Assembly: GCA_040770465.1 (NCBI GenBank) | Contig: JAXGJB010000011.1 | Coordinates: forward strand, 1 to 62,982 | DNA length: 62,982 nt | Source: Methanothrix sp. | GTDB lineage: Archaea; Halobacteriota; Methanosarcinia; Methanotrichales; Methanotrichaceae | Direction: 5' to 3' | Part shown: positions 59,574 to 62,982 of the stretch, one piece after another | How the letters are laid out: the number at the start of each line of letters is the position of its first letter | Position numbering within the stretch: the first letter of the stretch is position 1 | The notes under the pieces: model-generated | What the model saw: only the letters and a program-made list of their open reading frames with translations | What the model was told of the DNA's origin: nothing | The model's database searches: none | Program-made: the position numbers and the translations under genes

Positions 59574-59677
59574 GGTGGCGAGATCGTCGGTGGCCAGTAT
59601 CTGCGTTTCGGTTGGGATCGAAGATTGACGGTACTTTATATTGTCGGAGAAAGGGGATTTTGAAAAGGCCGATCCCG

Positions 59678-59890
59678 CTAGGCGACCTCAATACATCTCG
59701 CTGATGTGGTCGGCTCTGGGATGGGAAGGTCGTCTTCCCTCAGCCCTTCAAGGTGAAACTCTATCGCTTCCTTCATCAGCTCAATAGTCTCCTCCTCGGT
59801 TTCACCGGCTGCAACCACTCCAGGTAGGTCGGGGCAGTATGCGGAATAATTTCTTTCACCCCGCTCAATAATAATTGTGTAACTAATCAT
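59678..59890 (-). CDS. hicB: HicB family antitoxin
   Basis: YSAYCPDLPGVVAAGETEEE, EAIEFHLEGL, LPIPEP. Confidence 0.9.
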   Translation of the reverse strand: MISYTIIIERGERNYSAYCPDLPGVVAAGETEEETIELMKEAIEFHLEGLREDDLPIPEPTTSARCIEVA

Positions 59891-60083
59891 CTTCTTTCTC
59901 CTTTAAGCCCGCCTGCTTTAATATGCTTTTCAAGGTCTTTGGGTGGAGGTCCAAGTCCGACTTGCCTGCGACGGTAACTCGTCCCTTCTTAAAAGGGTGC
60001 TTGAACTGCCGATGGCTCCCTCTGGTGCCCGCCAGGCTCCAGCCGTCTGCCTCAATCAGCTTGATAACGTCTCTGACCTTCAA
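59883..60083 (-). CDS. hicA: HicA family toxin
   Basis: IEADGW, RGSHRQFKHP, TLKSILKQAGL; TTG 60083 after GGAGGT. Confidence 0.9.
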   Translation of the reverse strand: MKVRDVIKLIEADGWSLAGTRGSHRQFKHPFKKGRVTVAGKSDLDLHPKTLKSILKQAGLKEKEDD

Positions 60084-60134
60084 TTTACCTCCCCGTTTAA
60101 TTGCCACACACCATGCCGAATGGAGCCCATTCTC

Positions 60135-60647
60135 TCAGCCTCTTAAGATCTTCTCGCGATGGAGCTCCTCGGCCAGGACCGGCTCCAGCTCCTCACCGGG
60201 GTATCCGAAGGCGATCATCGACTCGACCCGCATATTTTCGGAAAGGCCCAGGATCGACCGGACGTACTCCTCGCTGGTCACCGAATCGTCGTGCATCCTC
60301 AGCCTTATCTGGATCCAGCAGGAGCCGAGCCCCAGGCTCTGACCCGCCAGCTGCAGGATGATCGATGCGATGGAGCAGTCCTCGATCCAGACGTCCGACT
60401 CGTTCTCGTCGGCGCAGACGACGACCCCGAGCCGCGCCCCCGCGAGAAACGACGAGCCGCTCGGCTTCGCTCTCGACAAAGCCGCAAGCTTTTCTCGATC
60501 TTCGACGAAGACGAACCTCCAGGGCCTGAAGTTCCTCGACGTGGGCGACCGGAGGGCCGCCTCCTTCAGAAGCTCCACGACCTCGGGCTTGATCTCCTCG
60601 TCCCTGTACTTCCTGACGCTCCTCCTCTTTCTCAGCAAATCCAGCAC
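60135..60647 (-). CDS. Nitroreductase family protein
   Basis: RRSVRKY, SPTSRN.RPWRF, LGLGSCW, FGYP. Confidence 0.92.
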   Translation of the reverse strand: MLDLLRKRRSVRKYRDEEIKPEVVELLKEAALRSPTSRNFRPWRFVFVEDREKLAALSRAKPSGSSFLAGARLGVVVCADENESDVWIEDCSIASIILQLAGQSLGLGSCWIQIRLRMHDDSVTSEEYVRSILGLSENMRVESMIAFGYPGEELEPVLAEELHREKILRG

Positions 60648-60717
60648 GAATCTTCCTCCGGTTTTGGTTTGTTTTGGTTTGGTTTATATTTCTCGATATA
60701 TATCATATCGTTGGCCT

Positions 60718-61872
60718 TCAGCGATCTTCGCCGATGTACCGGTTCAGCCGTCTGATGGCGTCGTACTTCTCCCGCTTTTCGAGCTTCGCGTTCTCAACCG
60801 CCTCTTTGAGGGTCGATATCGAGCAGTCGAAGGTATCCCGGTCGACGGGGTAGGGGTGGCCGTCTTTGCCGCCGTGGGCGAAGCTGTACTTCGCCGGGTC
60901 CTTCCAGCAGGTCTTTGCCCCGTAGATCAGCTCGGAGATGAGGGCGAGGGCCCGGACCCTCTTCGGCCCCATACCCCGGAGGCTGATCAGCTCCTCGTAG
61001 CTCTCGGGCTGGATCTCGTATGCCAGCTCCAGAGCCCTGATCCCGTCCTTCCCGAGGTCGGCGGGCAGAACCTCGTGGCGGAGCGGCAGGGTCAGGGCCG
61101 GCTGCTGCTGCGCCGCCGACCGGATCGACCGGGCCGAGGGGCCAGCAGGTTCCGAAGGGGCGGAGAAGTCGAAGAGGGTCCTCTGGCCGGTGTACTTCAA
61201 AAAGTGTGACGGCCCGTCCCTCACCAGGTCGAGGGTGACGTCCCGGTTCTCTCGGCTTTCCTGGCTCGTCAGGTCTAAAACGGCGTCGAGCCTCTCCTGG
61301 GCGCAGATGGCGGAGTGGGGCTCCTCGACGAAGCTAGCCACCCGGTCGGAGAGCCAGTGGTAGCGCCTCGCGTAATCGTCGTTCATCCCCTGCTGGACCA
61401 CCGCCCAGCTCCCCCTCTCGGTGAAGATGAGGACGTGGTGGTAGAGCCGGTACCCGTCCTGGACGAGGGCGCTGTCCACCTTGGCCGCCATCTTGCTGGC
61501 GAGCTTCAGCTCTGTGATCATCTCCTGGGAGAGGGCGAGGGACTCGCCCGCGGTCTCGATGTCCAGGGGCGTCTTCCTCCCGGTCTTCCCCTTCCCTCCC
61601 GCGACCCCGACGGAGTGGACCTCGGGCTTTATCGCGAGCTTCAAAGCTCCCGTGGTGGTGGTCGTCGTCCCGGAGGAGTGCCAGTCGAAGCCGAGGACAC
61701 AGGAGAGGGCCTGAAACCAGCAGGGGTCGGAGAGCCTTCGCAGGAGCTCCTCGGGGCCGTACTCGAAGATCACGGCGTCCACCACCCCCTCCGCCAGGCT
61801 CACCATCCTCTTGAAGAGCCAGGGGGGAGCCTTCCCTCCGTGGAGGGGCAGGTTTGCGGTGCCTGTTCTCAT
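60718..61872 (-). CDS. DUF763 family protein
   Basis: LPLHGGKAPPWL, FDWHSSGTTT, QDGYRLYHH, FAHGGKDGHPYPVD. Confidence 0.9.
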   Translation of the reverse strand: MRTGTANLPLHGGKAPPWLFKRMVSLAEGVVDAVIFEYGPEELLRRLSDPCWFQALSCVLGFDWHSSGTTTTTTGALKLAIKPEVHSVGVAGGKGKTGRKTPLDIETAGESLALSQEMITELKLASKMAAKVDSALVQDGYRLYHHVLIFTERGSWAVVQQGMNDDYARRYHWLSDRVASFVEEPHSAICAQERLDAVLDLTSQESRENRDVTLDLVRDGPSHFLKYTGQRTLFDFSAPSEPAGPSARSIRSAAQQQPALTLPLRHEVLPADLGKDGIRALELAYEIQPESYEELISLRGMGPKRVRALALISELIYGAKTCWKDPAKYSFAHGGKDGHPYPVDRDTFDCSISTLKEAVENAKLEKREKYDAIRRLNRYIGEDR

Positions 61873-62196
61873 GCAAGACCACCTGGAACAAAGACGCCAG
61901 CCGAAGCGAGATTATGCGAGATTATCAGAGATCGATCGCCGGGCTGTTCCCTCCGTTGGGTAGCGATCTGTATTGAAATCTTCGATTCATTCATCCGTTT
62001 ATTGGAATGATAATTGGGCTGGCCCTGGAGAGGCTTCGCCGAGTCCTGATTCATGGATTTCTTATGATGAACGTGAGGATGATCACGTTCGAAGCGTTGA
62101 TGGGATAAGAACTGACATCAATTGACTTCATAAAAGAGACTAGCATGAGCAACAGCCTTTAATACCTTGTTGGTCCATGATTATAGGGTGTTAGCT

Positions 62197-62556
62197 ATGA
62201 GGGATATGTCGGCAGTTCTTCTATTTGCGGTTGGGTTACTCTGCGGCATGGCGGCCGCTCACGCACCGGTCCATGGAGATGGAGGGGATCCAGAGTATTC
62301 GAAGGGAATCGATCCGTCGGGAGATCGGCTATTGTCACCTTCAAACTACGAGTCGTTTTGTAGCCAATCCTCCCATCACCCCTATGATCATTGCCACCCC
62401 CACGGGTATTGTATAGATCGATGCCCGAGCGTTTACTATACCTATCAATACCCTGCTGGCCATTATTACACCTGGTATTACTACCCGTATAGTTACTTAA
62501 GATACTCCACCGGCAACTTCTATGGCAGATACAACTATCCGTTGGTTATCGGCTGA
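62197..62556 (+). CDS. Small secreted His/Cys/Tyr-rich protein
   Basis: Signal peptide then HHPYDHCHPHGYC and a Tyr-rich tail. Confidence 0.55.
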   Translation: MRDMSAVLLFAVGLLCGMAAAHAPVHGDGGDPEYSKGIDPSGDRLLSPSNYESFCSQSSHHPYDHCHPHGYCIDRCPSVYYTYQYPAGHYYTWYYYPYSYLRYSTGNFYGRYNYPLVIG

Positions 62557-62620
62557 GGGTTTGAGCTGAAGCTTTCCGATGCTGGCATCTGAACGGTCAT
62601 AAAAGGGAGGAGCGCTCAAG

Positions 62621-62644
62621 ACTCTACTCTACTCTACTCTACTC
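62621..62644. repeat. (ACTCT)n microsatellite
   Basis: Four full copies plus ACTC. Confidence 0.8.
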
Positions 62645-62703
62645 ATGCGGGGATCGAGATCGTTCGGCCATGAAATGATTCATCCCATCTCGCTATATCT
62701 GCA

Positions 62704-62982
62704 TCAAAATCGACGACTTTTGCCGATATTATGTCCTCCACCTCCGAATGCGTAAAACTGGCTCTGGTCGATCAGGCCCTGAAGCGCCTCCTGGGGGGTG
62801 GACTCGCCGCCCCGCCCCAGGGGCCCCAGGATCTGGGCGATCTCCTCCAGAGTTGGGGTATCGGCCTCGCACTGAGAAATGACCCGGGAGATGAGGTCGA
62901 TGAGGGGGTCGACGGAGGGTCCCGAGGTGAGGAGGAACAGAAGGACGTCCTCGTGGGTGAGATGATAGTCCCTGGCGATCTT
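62704..62982 (-). CDS. 3' end of a hypothetical protein entering from beyond the window
   Basis: Open frame KIARDYHLTHEDVLLFLL...FGGGGHNIGKSRRF-stop with host-like codons. Confidence 0.55.
   Translation of the reverse strand, partial: KIARDYHLTHEDVLLFLLTSGPSVDPLIDLISRVISQCEADTPTLEEIAQILGPLGRGGESTPQEALQGLIDQSQFYAFGGGGHNIGKSRRF

Overview
GC-rich archaeal chromosome segment, most consistent with an acetoclastic methanogen of the Methanothrix/Methanocrinis (Methanosaeta harundinacea-like) group. Supporting markers are mer, an FpoO-like gene, archaeal rfcL/ribL/coaD/nadM, a Methanosarcinales-type S-layer domain gene and an archaeal RNase P RNA. Most of the window is housekeeping: pycA-birA, cofactor biosynthesis, cimA-ilvB-ilvN-ilvC, a formate dehydrogenase alpha-like gene, a P-type ATPase and DNA repair genes. 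Three accessory regions interrupt it. (1) About 19.2-22.3 kb: an AT-rich M.PvuII-like methyltransferase, an RHH regulator and a divergent PD-(D/E)xK nuclease, with gene debris and an IS200/IS605-like hairpin. (2) About 27.8-34.8 kb: a defence-like island with an S-layer paralog, a toxin-antitoxin array in which non-HicA toxins are decayed, dispersed repeats and a chimeric HD-domain/KAP NTPase. (3) About 46.5-51.7 kb: a translationally coupled operon of a KamA-type radical-SAM 2,3-aminomutase, two D-Ala-D-Ala-ligase-like ATP-grasp enzymes and a fused GNAT, with a hairpin over its ribosome-binding site. The third region is the best candidate for an uncharacterised system, probably a beta-amino-acid peptide pathway. 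No tRNA, rRNA or CRISPR array was seen. All calls come from motif recognition by eye; no searches were run.
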